64,000 bases of DNA from an uncultured Gemmatimonadales bacterium (GCA_963739455.1 CAVUAK010000001.1:1152001-1216000), one strand, 5' to 3'; positions 1 through 11,184 are shown, counted from the first letter of the stretch. The notes: a model not told the origin generated them from the sequence alone. Translations and numbers: made by a program.

Positions 1-767
1 TGGCCGCGTCCCTGAGGCCGGCTATCGAAATGCTCGAGGCGCTTCCGCCCCTCATCAGTACGCACGCCGCCGCTTGCGAGCACCTCGGCGGCGTCCCGGC
101 TCACGGCGTCTGCGGCGGCGCGCCCGAGCTTGCGCTCGATCAGGGTATCGCGCTGGTGCGCGAGGATCGTCAGTGACGTCTCCACTGCGGCGACGGGCCA
201 CTCGAGGCCGGCGTCCAGGGCCGCGGTCAGGGCAGGTGCCGCCGTCTCAAACGTGATGGCAAAGTCAGTGGCATACTCGGAAGCGATGGCATCGCGGGAG
301 GCGGCAAGCGCCATCGCCTCGCGCAGCGAGACATTCGGCTCGCTGGCCACGTCCTGCGCATCGGCCGACCCGAGACCACCGGGTGATGCAAGCCTGATCG
401 CGGCGTAGGCCACGCGGGCGTCGTCGACGGTCGAGGACTGAAGCACCCGTCGCACCGCGTCACGGAGGGAGCCATCGCCCTTCCGGAGCATGCCGTGCGC
501 GAGCGGGGCGAGGAGGAGGATCAGCCCGAGGTTGGTGTTCGCCGCCGTCCATCGTCGGGTGGCCTCGACCGCGGCCAGGATGGTGGCGCCAAGACCCTGA
601 CGGTCAGCCTCGAGGAAGGCGGGCCCGATCGCGGCAGCACTCGCGAGGAAGTCCTCGTAGCGCATGTCGCCGAAAGCGCGGCCCGGCGACACGTTGCCCG
701 GCTTGGGAGCGGCGACCTCGAGCAGGCATGCGAGCTGGACGGCACTCGCGACGTCAGCGGGTGTCAT
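1..767 (-). CDS. CitG-family triphosphoribosyl-dephospho-CoA synthase-like protein (Orf7-like of H4MPT clusters); runs off the window start
   Basis: Manual translation from ATG at 767: MTPADVASAVQLACLLEVAAPKPGNVSPG...NTNLGLILLLAPL, the CitG-family KPGNV and NTNLG motifs. No stop seen in the window, so it is absent from the ORF track. Confidence 0.8.
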   Translation of the reverse strand, partial: MTPADVASAVQLACLLEVAAPKPGNVSPGRAFGDMRYEDFLASAAAIGPAFLEADRQGLGATILAAVEATRRWTAANTNLGLILLLAPLAHGMLRKGDGSLRDAVRRVLQSSTVDDARVAYAAIRLASPGGLGSADAQDVASEPNVSLREAMALAASRDAIASEYATDFAITFETAAPALTAALDAGLEWPVAAVETSLTILAHQRDTLIERKLGRAAADAVSRDAAEVLASGGVRTDEGRKRLEHFDSRPQGRG

Positions 768-1658
768 CGCGCGCCCCCCGGTCGATGCGCACGGCCTGCA
801 CCGCGTGCTCCACAATGGCGCCGGCGACGTCCAGTCCGGTCGCCTGCTGCAGTCCTTCCCAGCCGGGGATCCCATTCACCTCGAGAACATACGTCGTGCC
901 GTCGCTACCCGTCAGCAGGTCGACCCCGGCGTACTCCGCCTCGATCGAGGCCGCCGCCCTCAGGGCGAGCTCGGCGTGCTCCGCAGGCAATTCGATCGCC
1001 GTCGCGGCCCCGCCGCGCGAGACGTTGGTGCGCCACCCCGGTGCGCGGCGCTCGATGGCGCCGAGGATGCGCTGGTCCCACCACGAACGCACGGACGTCG
1101 CGCCCCTCGTGCGGAATCATGCGCTGCAGGTAGTAGACGCCCTGGATCCGCTCGACGGTGCGGAACACGCGCCAGGCGAGGTCCTCGTCGGTCGACGCGG
1201 AGCATGCCAAGACCCATGGAGCCGAAGAGCGGCTTGACGATCACGTCGCCGCCCAGCTCGCGGTACGCCTCCATCGCCGCGTCAGGGGTCTCGCAGGTGC
1301 GCGTGTCGGGAACGGGAAGCCCGGCCTGCTCGAGCAGGCCGGTGGTCCAGAACTTGTCCACGGAGCGTTCAATGGCGCGGGCCGTGTTCACGACGCGGAT
1401 GCCCCGCTCGCTCAGCTGGTGCAGGGCATCGACGCGATGGATGATCTGTTCGAGGGAGCCACTCGGGATGATCCGGGCGAGGATGACGTCGGCCTGCTCG
1501 AGCTCGACGCCGCCACTGCGCAGGCCGCGCCGGCTGCCGAAGGAGCCGACGAGGTCCTCATAGCGCGCCAGCTGGTGCTGGTGACCGCGCTGCCGGGCAG
1601 CGCGGTCGAGTTCATCGGTATGCCAGCCGGACTTCGATGCCAGCGTGACGACGAGCAA
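754..1658 (-). CDS. RimK-family ATP-grasp glutamate ligase (Orf5-like); frameshifted
   Basis: ORFs 960..1658, 905..1210 and 754..1092 join to give GSLEQII, DKFWT, KPLFGSMGLG, YYLQ, DVRAFVVG, WRTNVSRGG, YAGVDLL, LEVNGIPGW. Confidence 0.85.
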
Positions 1659-1661
1659 CTA

Positions 1662-2430
1662 CTACTGCACTCCGATCATGCCGCGGATCCCGCCGGACGC
1701 GAAGTTGGCGAAGTCGTTGCCGACCTTGGCAAACCCGGTGCTGCCGACACCAGCGACGAGCGCCGGCATCGAGCTGAAGCAGAGCTCCGCCTGGCGATAC
1801 AGGGTGGGCGGCGTGCCGTCGAGGTTCGAGACGAACTTGGTGAGGTCGGCGCGGACGAAGCCGATCGTCGTCTGCTCCGCGCCGACCAGCGCGAGGTGCT
1901 TCGGGTAGTACGCCTCGAACGCCTCGGCGCTGGCCGGGGTGCCGTACATGACCGTCGCGAGGACGGGGCAGGGCGTGTCGCTGGCCGTGCCGGTCTCCTC
2001 GGCGATCATGGCGATGAGGCCGTCGGGCGCCACGAAGTTCTTGAAGTCGTCGCCCGACCGCCTTGAAGCCGGCGGTTGCAATACCGGCCTTGAGCGCGTC
2101 CATCGACGGGAAATACAGCTCGGCCTGGCGGTAGTACTCCGACTTCGTGCCCTGCAGCGACGAGACGAACTTCGTCACCTCCGCCCGCGTGAAGCCGATC
2201 TCCTGCTGGTGGTCGCCCACGATCTTGAGGTGGGTGGGATAGTACTTCTCGAACTTGGCGGTGTCCTTGGGCCACTTGTAGATCACGGTCACGATGGCCT
2301 GCGGCGGTCGGCGGCGGGGTGACGACGGTCGCCGTCGTGTCGGCGGCCTTGGCGCGCCTCCTTGGTCGGTGCCGCAGGCTGCCGCGAAGACGGCAGCGGC
2401 GAGAATGCAGGTACCGGTCAGGCTACGCAT
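1662..2430 (-). CDS. Lipoprotein with two tandem EthD-like domains; one frameshift near 2055
   Basis: GGAG RBS, then MRSLTGTCILAAAVFAAAC (lipobox-like). Two homologous repeats: VIY..P.D...FEKYYPTHL...YRQAELYFPSM and VMY..P.S...FEAYYPKHL...YRQAELCFSSM. Confidence 0.7.
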
Positions 2431-2462
2431 GTCCAACTCCTGGGTGAGAACGAGGTCCGCCG

Positions 2463-3425
2463 TCAGGCGGGATAGCACGACGCACGCAGCACATCCTGGT
2501 TGAGCTGCCCGGCGTGAAAAGTCCGACCACTTTCCGTGCTGGTCAGCCGCACCTCGCGCGGGGCTGAAGAGCAGCGGGTCGATGGCGTAGAAGTCCTTGT
2601 TGTAGCGCTGGAATATGTCGAAGAACGGCGTCCCGTAGTCGCGCGATGCCGAGGCGGGCACCTTCGGGGCCAGTTCCTCGAGCTCGGCATCGCTCGCGCG
2701 CACGGTGAAGTGCACGCTCCCGCCATACAGGATGCAGTCGTTCGTGCGCCCGATCGCCCGCACGTCGCTCTTCGCCACCGGCGGGAGCGGTGCAAAGCCA
2801 ACCGCGCTCACCACCTTCGAGAGATCGAAGTGCAGCTGCTCGATCTTGTGCATCGCGGTCTCGACGACGCGGGCGGCGATCTGTACACCGCCGGCAATGC
2901 TCGCCGTCGGCGCCACGAGGAAGGTGAGCTGGCTCGGCGCGAGCTTCGCCTTGGCCGGCAACCCACTCCGCCACCGCCTCGTTCGGAAGCTGGCGACCCT
3001 CGAGGACGAGTACGCCGTGTTCCGCAGTCTCGGCGTAGCCGATCTTGCCGAACAGCTCCTTCTCCACCCGTGCATGCGCCCGGAGTGGTCCCGACCCCAT
3101 GGCGAAGAACCCCTCGGGCGAGATGGCCCAGCCGGCATACTGTGACGCCATGCAGCTGACCATCGGGTGGTCGGTCCAGACGGTGAGCCCGGGCCAGGAC
3201 TCGTTTCCGATCGATCACCGGCCCGAGCGCAATATTGCCCAGCCCGCCCATGCAGATCTCGGAGAGCGCGAGACCGGCATCGTAGCCGCCGGGCACATGC
3301 ACGCCGCAGTCGATGACGCGGGCGCCGTTCGCGAGGGTGTGCACCTCGCAACGCAGCAGGTCGGCATGTTCAGCCACGCCATCCGCGATGTCGCTCGCAA
3401 GTTCACCCATGCCAAGCGCCTTCAT
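2463..3425 (-). CDS. mch: Methenyl-H4MPT cyclohydrolase; several frameshifts
   Basis: Fragments VIDCGV..GGYDAGL.LSEICMGGL, CMASQYAGW, FFAMGSGP, VAPTASIAGGVQIAARVVETAMHK, GRTNDCILYGG, DFYAIDPLLFSP. Confidence 0.92.
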
Positions 3426-4246
3426 GCGGGACTCCATGCGAGAATCTCTCCCCTGCCGGTCTCGGCGAAATCGCCGCTGTAGCGGCGGAACCGGCCATCG
3501 ATGTGTTCTGCCGTCACCGGGAGCCCGTGCACATCGCGCAGGCGCCGGAGCAGCAGGCGAAGGTAGACGGGCTGGATGACGCAGGCATAGCGATAGGTGG
3601 CAGACGGCTCCACCGACCCGAGACAGACGAGGGAGCCGCGCTTGTTCCACAGCGCCGCGTCGGGGCCGGTTGGGCCGCACGCCACCACGGTGCCCGCGAT
3701 GCTCGAGAGCAGTGTGCAGCGACCCGTGCGTACCACCGACCGCTACGAGTCCGCGACGCATGCTGGCACCGGTTTCGTCGCCAGCACTGCCCAGCACCAC
3801 GAGCTCGCCACCGGTCATGCCGCGCTTGCTTCCGGGTGCCGCGGCCCCGGTGCGGTGGCCGGCGTTGCCGCGAACTACGATGACGCCACCCGACATGCCC
3901 TTCGCCGGTGGAATCTCCGGCGTTGCCGGCGATCTCGAGACGGCCGCCGCGAAGGCCAGCCCCGGCACGATCACCGACAGGGCCATCGACGCGCATGGCT
4001 CCTTCCGCCAGCCCGGCACCGACGCGCTCAGCCAGCTGCAGGTCGCCGGCGAGCGTCACGGTGCCATCGGGCGTGCCTTCGACCGCGAACAGGTCGCCCA
4101 GGGGCACGGGGCCGGAGCGAGGCGACCACACCTCGCGACGGGCAACGTCGGCAGCACTGGCGCCAGCCCACGGCGCGGCGAAGGCTGGACCAAGGTTGAC
4201 TCCGCTGGCCGAGTGGCGCGCGCAGGGTCAGTCTCAGTCCGCTCAT
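3422..4246 (-). CDS. fhcC: Formyltransferase/hydrolase complex subunit C (FwdC-like); frameshifted
   Basis: LGDLFAVEG, GXGXG-type beta-helix repeats, GMTGGELVVLGSAG, MRRGLVAV, FRRYSGDFAETGRGEIL; sits after fhcD. Confidence 0.88.
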
Positions 4247-5145
4247 GCGCTCGTGCCGCCCATGATGTTGCGCAGCTTGAAGTGATGCGGACCGAGCTTG
4301 CCGCCGTAGTTGCCGGCAGTGATCGACACGACGCCGGGACGGCAGGCCGCGTCGATCCCGGCGCGCATCGACGCACTGATCGCAGCCGCGTCGAGCCCGT
4401 TGACGACGATCTCGAGCACCGAGTTCACGGTGTCCGGTAGTGCCGTGGCGGTGATCGCGCGCAGGGTGGGACAGTACGCGTCGTTGGTGGAAGCGATCAT
4501 CGTCTTCGAGGTCTTGCTGCCCACCTTGGAGCCGCTCCGGACCACGCCGCCCGGAAACGGCAGGATGATGCCCGGCATGCCGTGCATGGCATCGACCGCT
4601 GCTTCGGCGGCGGCGAGGGCCTTGTCGGCGTCTTCAGCGAGGATCAGGAAGTTCCCGCCGCCGACGCACTTCACCATGCCAAAGGTCTCTGCGACCAGGA
4701 ACTCGCCTTCCATGACGGGGATGCGCCAGAATCGCTGGCCGCCGATCACCTTGCTCGCCTGGAAGCCATCACCGAAATAGCGGAGGGCGGATCCAACCTT
4801 GAGGCGGTCGGGCGCATCGGGAAGACCGTCATAGCAGGCGGTGGTGGGACAGGTCAGGATGGTCTGCCCGACCCGCTCGATGAGGCGCTTCGCCAGCTCG
4901 TCCTTGGACATCACCATCAGCAGGATGCTCACACCGGGCCGCCCATCGGGCGTCTCAGTCTCGGTGAGCTCGCGCTCGATGCCCGCCTCGCACTTGCAGC
5001 CGATGACCGAGGTGGCAAAGCCGGTGAGCTTCAGCGCGGCCTCGCGCACCCAGCGCGCCGAGCGCGCGGTGATGATCAGCCGCGCCGAGCGCATGGTGAA
5101 TGCCTCGGCGAAGGTGTCCTCGATAAAGACATTGCGGATCTTCAT
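4243..5145 (-). CDS. fhcD: Formylmethanofuran:H4MPT formyltransferase (Ftr/FhcD)
   Basis: Intact 300 aa: IEDTFAEAF, TGFATSVIGC.CEAGIE, TPDGRPG, RVGQTILTCPTTACY, GGGNFLI, VRSGSKVGS, ITAGNYGGKLG. Confidence 0.96.
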   Translation of the reverse strand: MKIRNVFIEDTFAEAFTMRSARLIITARSARWVREAALKLTGFATSVIGCKCEAGIERELTETETPDGRPGVSILLMVMSKDELAKRLIERVGQTILTCPTTACYDGLPDAPDRLKVGSALRYFGDGFQASKVIGGQRFWRIPVMEGEFLVAETFGMVKCVGGGNFLILAEDADKALAAAEAAVDAMHGMPGIILPFPGGVVRSGSKVGSKTSKTMIASTNDAYCPTLRAITATALPDTVNSVLEIVVNGLDAAAISASMRAGIDAACRPGVVSITAGNYGGKLGPHHFKLRNIMGGTSA

Positions 5146-5146
5146 G

Positions 5147-6791
5147 TCAGTCGATGCCGAGCGGCCCGTTGGGCAGCCCCTGCACGGGGTAGTGGTCGAA
5201 CTGCACCGTCGAGTACTGGTCGAAGTGCGACCGCAGGCCGGGGACGATCGCCTCGTCGTATCCGGGGCGCAGGTACAGGCGCCGGCCGGTCGGCGTGCGC
5301 CGGAGCTGACCCTCTTCCACCACGAGCTCGCCCTGCTTCACCACGTAGCGCGGGCTCGCAAACATCTCCGCGATGTCATCCTGCCGGGTATAGATGGTCA
5401 CGTCGGCATCGGCGCCAACGCCCAGGTGTCCCTTGTGGCGCAGGCCGAGGAGGCGCGCCGGCCCAGCGCGGGTGATGATGGCGATCTCTCCCAGCGTGAA
5501 TTGCCGGTCGAGCCCATCGAGCAAGGCACTGCCCGCCAGGAATTTCTGGTTGACCAGCTTGAGGCGCTCGTCGCGAGCGGTGCGGTCCATGAGCAGCTGG
5601 ATCAGCTGCGGGATAGGCCAGGAACGACCCGCCGTTCGGGTGGTCGGTGGAGAGGACCACCCTCCAAGGATCCTTCGCCAGCAGGAAGAGCTCGAGGCCG
5701 ATCGCCCACTGCAGCGCGGAGACCGCCGCCTTCTCCTTGTACTCGAGCGGCACGATTCCGCAGCCTGTCTCCAGCTCGACGTCGATGTTGACCCACTTCC
5801 GGCCGCTCGACTTGTGGAGCAGGTACTCCACCGGCCCGTCGGCGGTGACGGTGGTGGCGGGACCGAACATGACCTGTCCCACGTCCACGCTCAGCTCGGG
5901 GTGGACGTTGATCCAGTCGGAGAGCTCACGAGCCGCCGACTTCCATCCACCCCCGGCACCGTACGCATGGAACTGGAGGTGGGTGAAGTGCGCCCGTCGT
6001 CCTTCGAGCGCCCTGAAGCTCTCCATGGTGGTCGTCACGTTGCCGGGCATGCCGAGGTTGTTGGCATGGATGTGCACCGGATGCGGCAGGGCCAGCGTGT
6101 TCGCGGCGTCGGTGAGCGTCTCGAGGATGCCGCGCGCCGTGACCCGGGAACTGCCGAGCGGCTCGTCGAGCCCGGTGATGTTCCGCTGCGGCGTCTTCCA
6201 CGCCTCGACGCCACCCGGATTGACGATCTTGATCGCGTATCCGCCCGTGGCGCCGAGGAGCCACGCCGCGTAGTCGCGCGCGCGGTTCCGCTCGCCGGCA
6301 TCGATCAGCTTGAGGAGGTAGTCATCGTTCCCCATCAGCACGAAGCACCCGGCATCGATGCACGGCGTGTCGCTCATTTCGTGGTGCGTGTGCCGCGCCG
6401 TGAGCGGGGCAATGGCGGCATCGAATACCGTGGTGTAGCCGAGGCCGGCGTAGCGATACCCGGTGGTGAAGGTGCTCGGAACGGTGCCACCGGTGCCCGA
6501 GCGCCCACTGTGACCCCCGGCCAGGCGGGGTGCCGGTGCCGGGTCGGCGCTGTGCTCTTCAGGCAGGAGGCGGCGCGCATGATTGCAGCTCGAGCTGGCA
6601 ATATGACTGTGAATGTCCACACCACCCGGCATCACGATCATGCCACGCGCATCGAGTACCGGTGCGCCGGCGGGCAGGTCGGCCACGACGCGGCCATCCG
6701 CGATGCAGATGTCCCGCACGTCACCATCGATCCCGTTGGCGGGATCGTGGACCGTGCCCCCGGCAATGCGGAGCGTGGACAGCGGCGTCAT
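5147..6791 (-). CDS. fhcA: Formyltransferase/hydrolase complex subunit A (amidohydrolase); frameshift near 5600
   Basis: GGVDIHSHIA, KIVNPGG, HPVHIHANNLGMPGN, HFTHLQFHAYG, VDVGQVMFG, ELETGCG, STDHPNGG, TRAGPARLLGL..KGHLGVGADAD. Confidence 0.93.
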
Positions 6792-8040
6792 GCCGTCGCC
6801 TCGCGGAGGAGATTCTTCACGGCTTCCTCGAGCGCGACAAGCACCGTGACCGCCGTGCGGGAACCATCGAGCACGGGAGTCAGTGGCAGCGGAATGTCGT
6901 CCATGCGATAGGCCGTGCCCCCTTCATGGATACCGGCGCGCCCGGTGTCGATGGCGACGCGCGGATCGCCCGGGGCCTCGCTTGCTCCCGGTCCGATCAC
7001 CACGGTCGGAATGCCGGTGAGCGCGGGCAGGTTGCGCCAGTCACCGAGGACCAGCGCGACGTCGACACTGGCGAGATCATCCAGGCCGCGCCGGTCGAGC
7101 GGAGTACGATGGTGCGCCGCTGCGGAAGTCGACCGCGAAGGGGAAGCCCGCCTGCCAGGTCAGCAGCGACTCGACGCCATTGCGGTTGTCCCCGTTCCGC
7201 AGCGTGTAGAGTGCCGCGCGGGTCGGGCCATTCAGCGCCTGTGCCAGCGCGACCAGTCCCTCGGCTCGCTGCGACGGGCGCGCCGCGTCGCCATCCTCGC
7301 CCCCAGCCACGATGGCCACGTATTTCGCCGCCACGAGCCGCGCAGCCAGCTCGGCCAGGCCGGCAAGCTTCGCGGCCTCGGGCGCGCTGCCGCCGGCAAC
7401 AACGGAGCGGAGCATGCTGAGCGCCGCGAGTTCTCCCTCGGCTGGCAGCTGAAGCGTCGCGTCGGCACCATCGACGTCGCCGTCGGTAGCAATGCGTACG
7501 CTCACGACGGCGCGCGATGCGCGTCCACCGGGGACATGCGTGCCCTTGGCATTGACCAGGCGCTCGATGAGCCGTGGATGCGTGCGAGCCGGGTCGGCAC
7601 CCCAGAAGAGGACGAAGTCGGCGCGGTTCTTGAGTTCACCGAGCGTTGCCGCGGCCCGGCCGCGCCGCTGTCCTGCGAGGATTCCCGCCGCGGCGGCGCC
7701 GCTCGTTGCGGTGTCAGTCGGCCGCATGCAGGCGGTCGGCGATCGACACGGCTGGCTTGAGCGCCTCGATGGTGAGGCCGGGCCCGAGGCAGACCAGTAC
7801 GCGACCGCGGGAACCGGCGAGCATGGACGTGGCGGCAGCGATCGCCGCCTCGAACGTGACATCCTTGCCGCCGGCGCGGATGCGATCGGGCACGACGCCG
7901 GAGCCCAGCCATGCGCTCCCAAGTGAGCAGGCAGGCAGGAGATCGGCGACGCCGTTGCCGCGGACGGCAACCGTCACGTCATCACACAGCAACCCGCAGC
8001 CGAGGCAGGTGATGCCGACCCTCCGCTCGGCGTTGCTCAC
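6788..8040 (-). CDS. fhcB: Formyltransferase/hydrolase complex subunit B (FwdB-like); frameshifted
   Basis: CLGCGLLCDD, TLGELKNRADFVLFWGADPARTHPR, WQAGFPFAVDF, GIHEGGTAYRMDDIPLPL. GTG start overlaps the upstream TGA. Confidence 0.88.
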
Positions 8041-9179
8041 GATGTACACGCCCGCACTATCGATGCAGCGCCTTCCCTGAGTGCGCCGTAGCAGCCCTCG
8101 GCGGATGCGCCGCTCGCGAGCACCGTGCAGATGGGGGCTCCCCGTGGCACGACGCTCCCGGTTGCCGGCACGTCCCTGATGTTGCCATCTACAAGCCAGG
8201 CGTCGGTGTTCGGCATGACACAGTCGGAAGGCGCGAACACGACGGCCTTGCCGACAACCCCATCCAGGGTGCCACCATGTGCGATGAGCGTGCCCTCGCT
8301 TCCCTCCACGTGGGCGGCAAACAACGGCACCGGCATTGAGGGCTCCACGAGCTCCGCCGCCGCGGTCCAGCGCGGGTTCACCTCGATTACCACGGCCGCA
8401 CCATCACGCGCGATAAAGTCGATCCCGTTCACCCCACGGAGTCCGAACGCGCGGGTGAGGGCCTGCGCAGCGGCCGTGGCATTCGCGAGCACTTCATCCT
8501 CCGCTGTGAGCACTGGCGCTCCAGCACTTCCCAGAAGATTGCCGCACCAGCGATGACCGGTTGCGCCGAAGGCGGCGTCACCGATGAGCTGGCGTGTCAA
8601 TCCGAGCGCCACGGCGTCATGGCCGTTTGCCAGGAATAGCAGGGAGGCTGGCTCGCCATCGACCCACTCCTGCAGGAACTCCCCATCCAGCAGCGGCTCC
8701 GCTGCGCGCCAGTGCCGGACACCATGGCCGCCGCCGCTGTGCCTCGGCTTGGCCACCAGCGGGCGCCCTGGCGCGCGGGAGGCAGCATCGCCGCTGCCGG
8801 CATACACGGGGGCCGCGTGAAGGCCAGACGCTTCAAGCACTTCGTGCACCCGTTCGGCGCGCCGCACCTCTCGCAGCACGCTGGGTGTGTTGCCGAGAAC
8901 TGTGCGACCGAGTGCGAGCCGCTCCAGTGCCTCGGGATGGTTCTCGAAGTTGGAGGTGTACGCCACCGCGTCATACGGCATCGTCACGTAGTCGGCCACG
9001 GCACCGGGCTCGAACGGCGCCAGGGTGAGGTGGCGCGCCGGCGCAGGCACTGCCTCGATGAGGTCCCGGTCCCCGTAACCATCGGCCGTGAGCACCTCGT
9101 ATCCCGCCGCGAGCGCCGAGCGCGCGAGCGAGCGGACCGACACTCCGGTGACGAGAATGCGGGGCAGCGACGTCGTCAT
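8037..9179 (-). CDS. ATP-grasp domain protein of H4MPT/methanofuran clusters
   Basis: Intact 380 aa: GVSVRSLA.SA..AGY, KPRHSGGG.G, FLQEWVDG, GVNGIDF, IEVNPRWT, PICTV. Confidence 0.8.
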   Translation of the reverse strand: MTTSLPRILVTGVSVRSLARSALAAGYEVLTADGYGDRDLIEAVPAPARHLTLAPFEPGAVADYVTMPYDAVAYTSNFENHPEALERLALGRTVLGNTPSVLREVRRAERVHEVLEASGLHAAPVYAGSGDAASRAPGRPLVAKPRHSGGGHGVRHWRAAEPLLDGEFLQEWVDGEPASLLFLANGHDAVALGLTRQLIGDAAFGATGHRWCGNLLGSAGAPVLTAEDEVLANATAAAQALTRAFGLRGVNGIDFIARDGAAVVIEVNPRWTAAAELVEPSMPVPLFAAHVEGSEGTLIAHGGTLDGVVGKAVVFAPSDCVMPNTDAWLVDGNIRDVPATGSVVPRGAPICTVLASGASAEGCYGALREGAASIVRACTS

Positions 9180-10225
9180 GCGAGGTCCAGCGCGTGCCGC
9201 GCCGCATCAGGTGTTACGACGTAGAGATGATCCAGGGCGGTGCCTGACGCCTCCCGTATCCGCATCGTCTCCACCAGTTCCCGGTGCTGCCCACCGGCCA
9301 GCCCATCCGCCAGCAGTGCCGCGCCCTGGGCTCCCTGCTTGCCGTGTGACGCGAAGCCGGTGAGGTGCCGCACGGGGCCCAGGTCACCGAGCGCCGCCGA
9401 GAGTCGGTCGCGCACGGCCGGATCGGAAGCGATGCGCCCGGACACCAGGACCTCGCTGGCCAGTGGTGCAGACACGAGCAGTTGACGCACTGCCTTCACC
9501 GCGCCCTCGATGAAAGCGTCGAAACCGGCTCCGGCGGCATGGCGGTCAGAGGCCGCCACGGTCGTGACCCCGCCCTGGAAGAGCATTGCCTTGTCGACCG
9601 TGCCGGCGAGGTATGCCACCTCGCCGTCGAGCGCGCCGGCAGCCTGCCAGCCGATCGGTCCGCTGCTCCCGCCAATGCCGTCGACCACCTGGCCGTGCTG
9701 CACCGCGATCGCCGCGGTGAATGCGCCACCGAGCTCGAGCAGCACGAACGCGGTGTCCCGCGGATGCGCGCCCAGGCGATGCGCCTGGTCGTAGATGCCG
9801 AGCGCGGCAGCGCACAGCTTGTCGGACGGTGCCCAGGTCGATGCGATTGATCTTGCGATACTCGGGGACGGTGTCGAGGTGGATGACACCGGGCAGCATG
9901 ACCAGGGGGAGCCCGGCGTCGGCGAGTGACCGTACCAGCAAGCTGCAGCCCGCCGATGCCGCCCTGCTCGCCCTTCCGCGCGAGGAACGCGAGGCGCAGG
10001 CTGTGGTCGCTTGTCTCGGCGGCGCGGCGGAGCGGGCAGACCATAGCCCGACAGGCCTGCCACCAGGTCGGGGGCGCCGTGGACCGATAGCGCCGCGGCG
10101 AAACCGGCCGGATCGGCGAGGGCATCCGCGGTCGGCCATGATCGATCGATGACCAGCTGGCCGCCCGACAGGCCGCACACGTCGATCGAGACCGTGCCCG
10201 GGTCGATACCGACGACCCGCGGCAT
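9176..10225 (-). CDS. DUF1464-like ASKHA-fold (acetate/sugar kinase-like) protein; frameshifted
   Basis: MPRVVGIDPGTVSIDVCGL, PGVIHLDTVPEYRKINRIDLGT, ELGGAFTA.IAV..GQVVDGIGG, GALDGEVAYL, AQGAALLADGLAGG. Confidence 0.75.
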   Translation of the reverse strand: MPRVVGIDPGTVSIDVCGLSGGQLVIDRSWPTADALADPAGFAAALSVHGAPDLVAGLSGYGLPAPPRRRDKRPQPAPRVPRAEGRAGRHRRAAACWYGHSPTPGSPWSCCPVSSTSTPSPSIARSIASTWAPSDKLCAAALGIYDQAHRLGAHPRDTAFVLLELGGAFTAAIAVQHGQVVDGIGGSSGPIGWQAAGALDGEVAYLAGTVDKAMLFQGGVTTVAASDRHAAGAGFDAFIEGAVKAVRQLLVSAPLASEVLVSGRIASDPAVRDRLSAALGDLGPVRHLTGFASHGKQGAQGAALLADGLAGGQHRELVETMRIREASGTALDHLYVVTPDAARHALDLA

Positions 10226-10231
10226 CGCTCC

Positions 10232-11109
10232 CTACCCGTTCGACCCGGCCAACAACTCGCGGGCCACGTCGGCGATTGCCTCGGCATCGAGCACGAGGTC
10301 GTTCCTGGTGAACAGCCGCGCCACACACGCCTTGTGCAGCTTTGTCTTGAAGTTGCCGATCCCGAAGGCGCCGAAGCAGCGGATGCCATCCCGCAGCACG
10401 CCGGCATCACCCACCTCGATGCCCTCGATGCCGAGCGGCGGCGCCGCGTTCAGGTCGACAGCGACCTTGAGCGTGTCGTGCTTGAGCCAGGCCGACTTCG
10501 GCACCATCTGCACGCCGGCCGGCCCGGAGTTGAGCAGGATGTCCGCGCCCTCGATGACCTGGGACAGCGCGGCGGGGTCCGTCAGGGTGGTGGACTCGAC
10601 GGCGACATCGAAGCGCGCGCTGATGAACTGGCGCGCCTTGTCGCCCTGCTCCGGCTTGCGCGAGGTGATGATCACCGTCGACGCCGCTGCGGGCCAGGAG
10701 GCCCGCTGAGCGCTGACCCACCGGGCCAGTGCCGGCGAGGATGACGGCTTTCTTGCCGCGCAGGTCGCCCGAGCGCCTGCTCGATCTTGGTGACCGCGGC
10801 AACGGCGGTGGTGTTGGAGCCGTTCGAGTCGAGCATCACCGAGACCGTCAGCGGCTTGAACATGGCGTCCACCGCCATGGCGAGGAGCTGTTCGCCGGCC
10901 GTCATGTTGTTGCCGCCGATCCACACCGCGGTGTTCTTCAGGTCCTTCGACCCGCGCGTGAAGATGCAGCCGTGGATCAGGTCGCGGACGTCGGTCTCGA
11001 CCACGTTGCCGTAGCTCATGATGGCATCGGCGCCGGCGTCGTAGGCAACCACCTGGTCGAAGACGCTGGGGAGACGGGAGCTGTCGAGCTGGAGGAGGAG
11101 CTTCTTCAT
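10232..11109 (-). CDS. mtd: NAD(P)-dependent methylene-H4MPT dehydrogenase, MtdA/MtdC type; frameshifted
   Basis: KKLLLQLD...PSVFD.VVAYDAGAD, IFTRG, MLDSNGSNTTA, LAGTGPVG, DLNAAPPLGIEG. Resembles MtdA rather than MtdB (which has SPFDVNMA and GSFTT). Confidence 0.9.
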
Positions 11110-11148
11110 TGAGTGTCAGTCGGTCGTCAGTCGTGGGAGGCCAAGCAA

Positions 11149-11184
11149 CCGGGGGGCGTCCCGAGACTCTGGGCCGCCCCCCGG
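11149..11184 (-). terminator. GC-rich hairpin between fae and mtd (partial terminator or mRNA stabiliser)
   Basis: CCGGGGGGCG...CGCCCCCCGG inverted repeat followed by a weak TTGCTT tract on the minus strand. Confidence 0.5.

Noticed and set aside
1612..3351. 579-aa ORF suggesting an Mch-EthD fusion
   Set aside because: A chimera caused by frameshifts. mch has its own stop at 2463 and the EthD gene has its own RBS, ATG and signal peptide.
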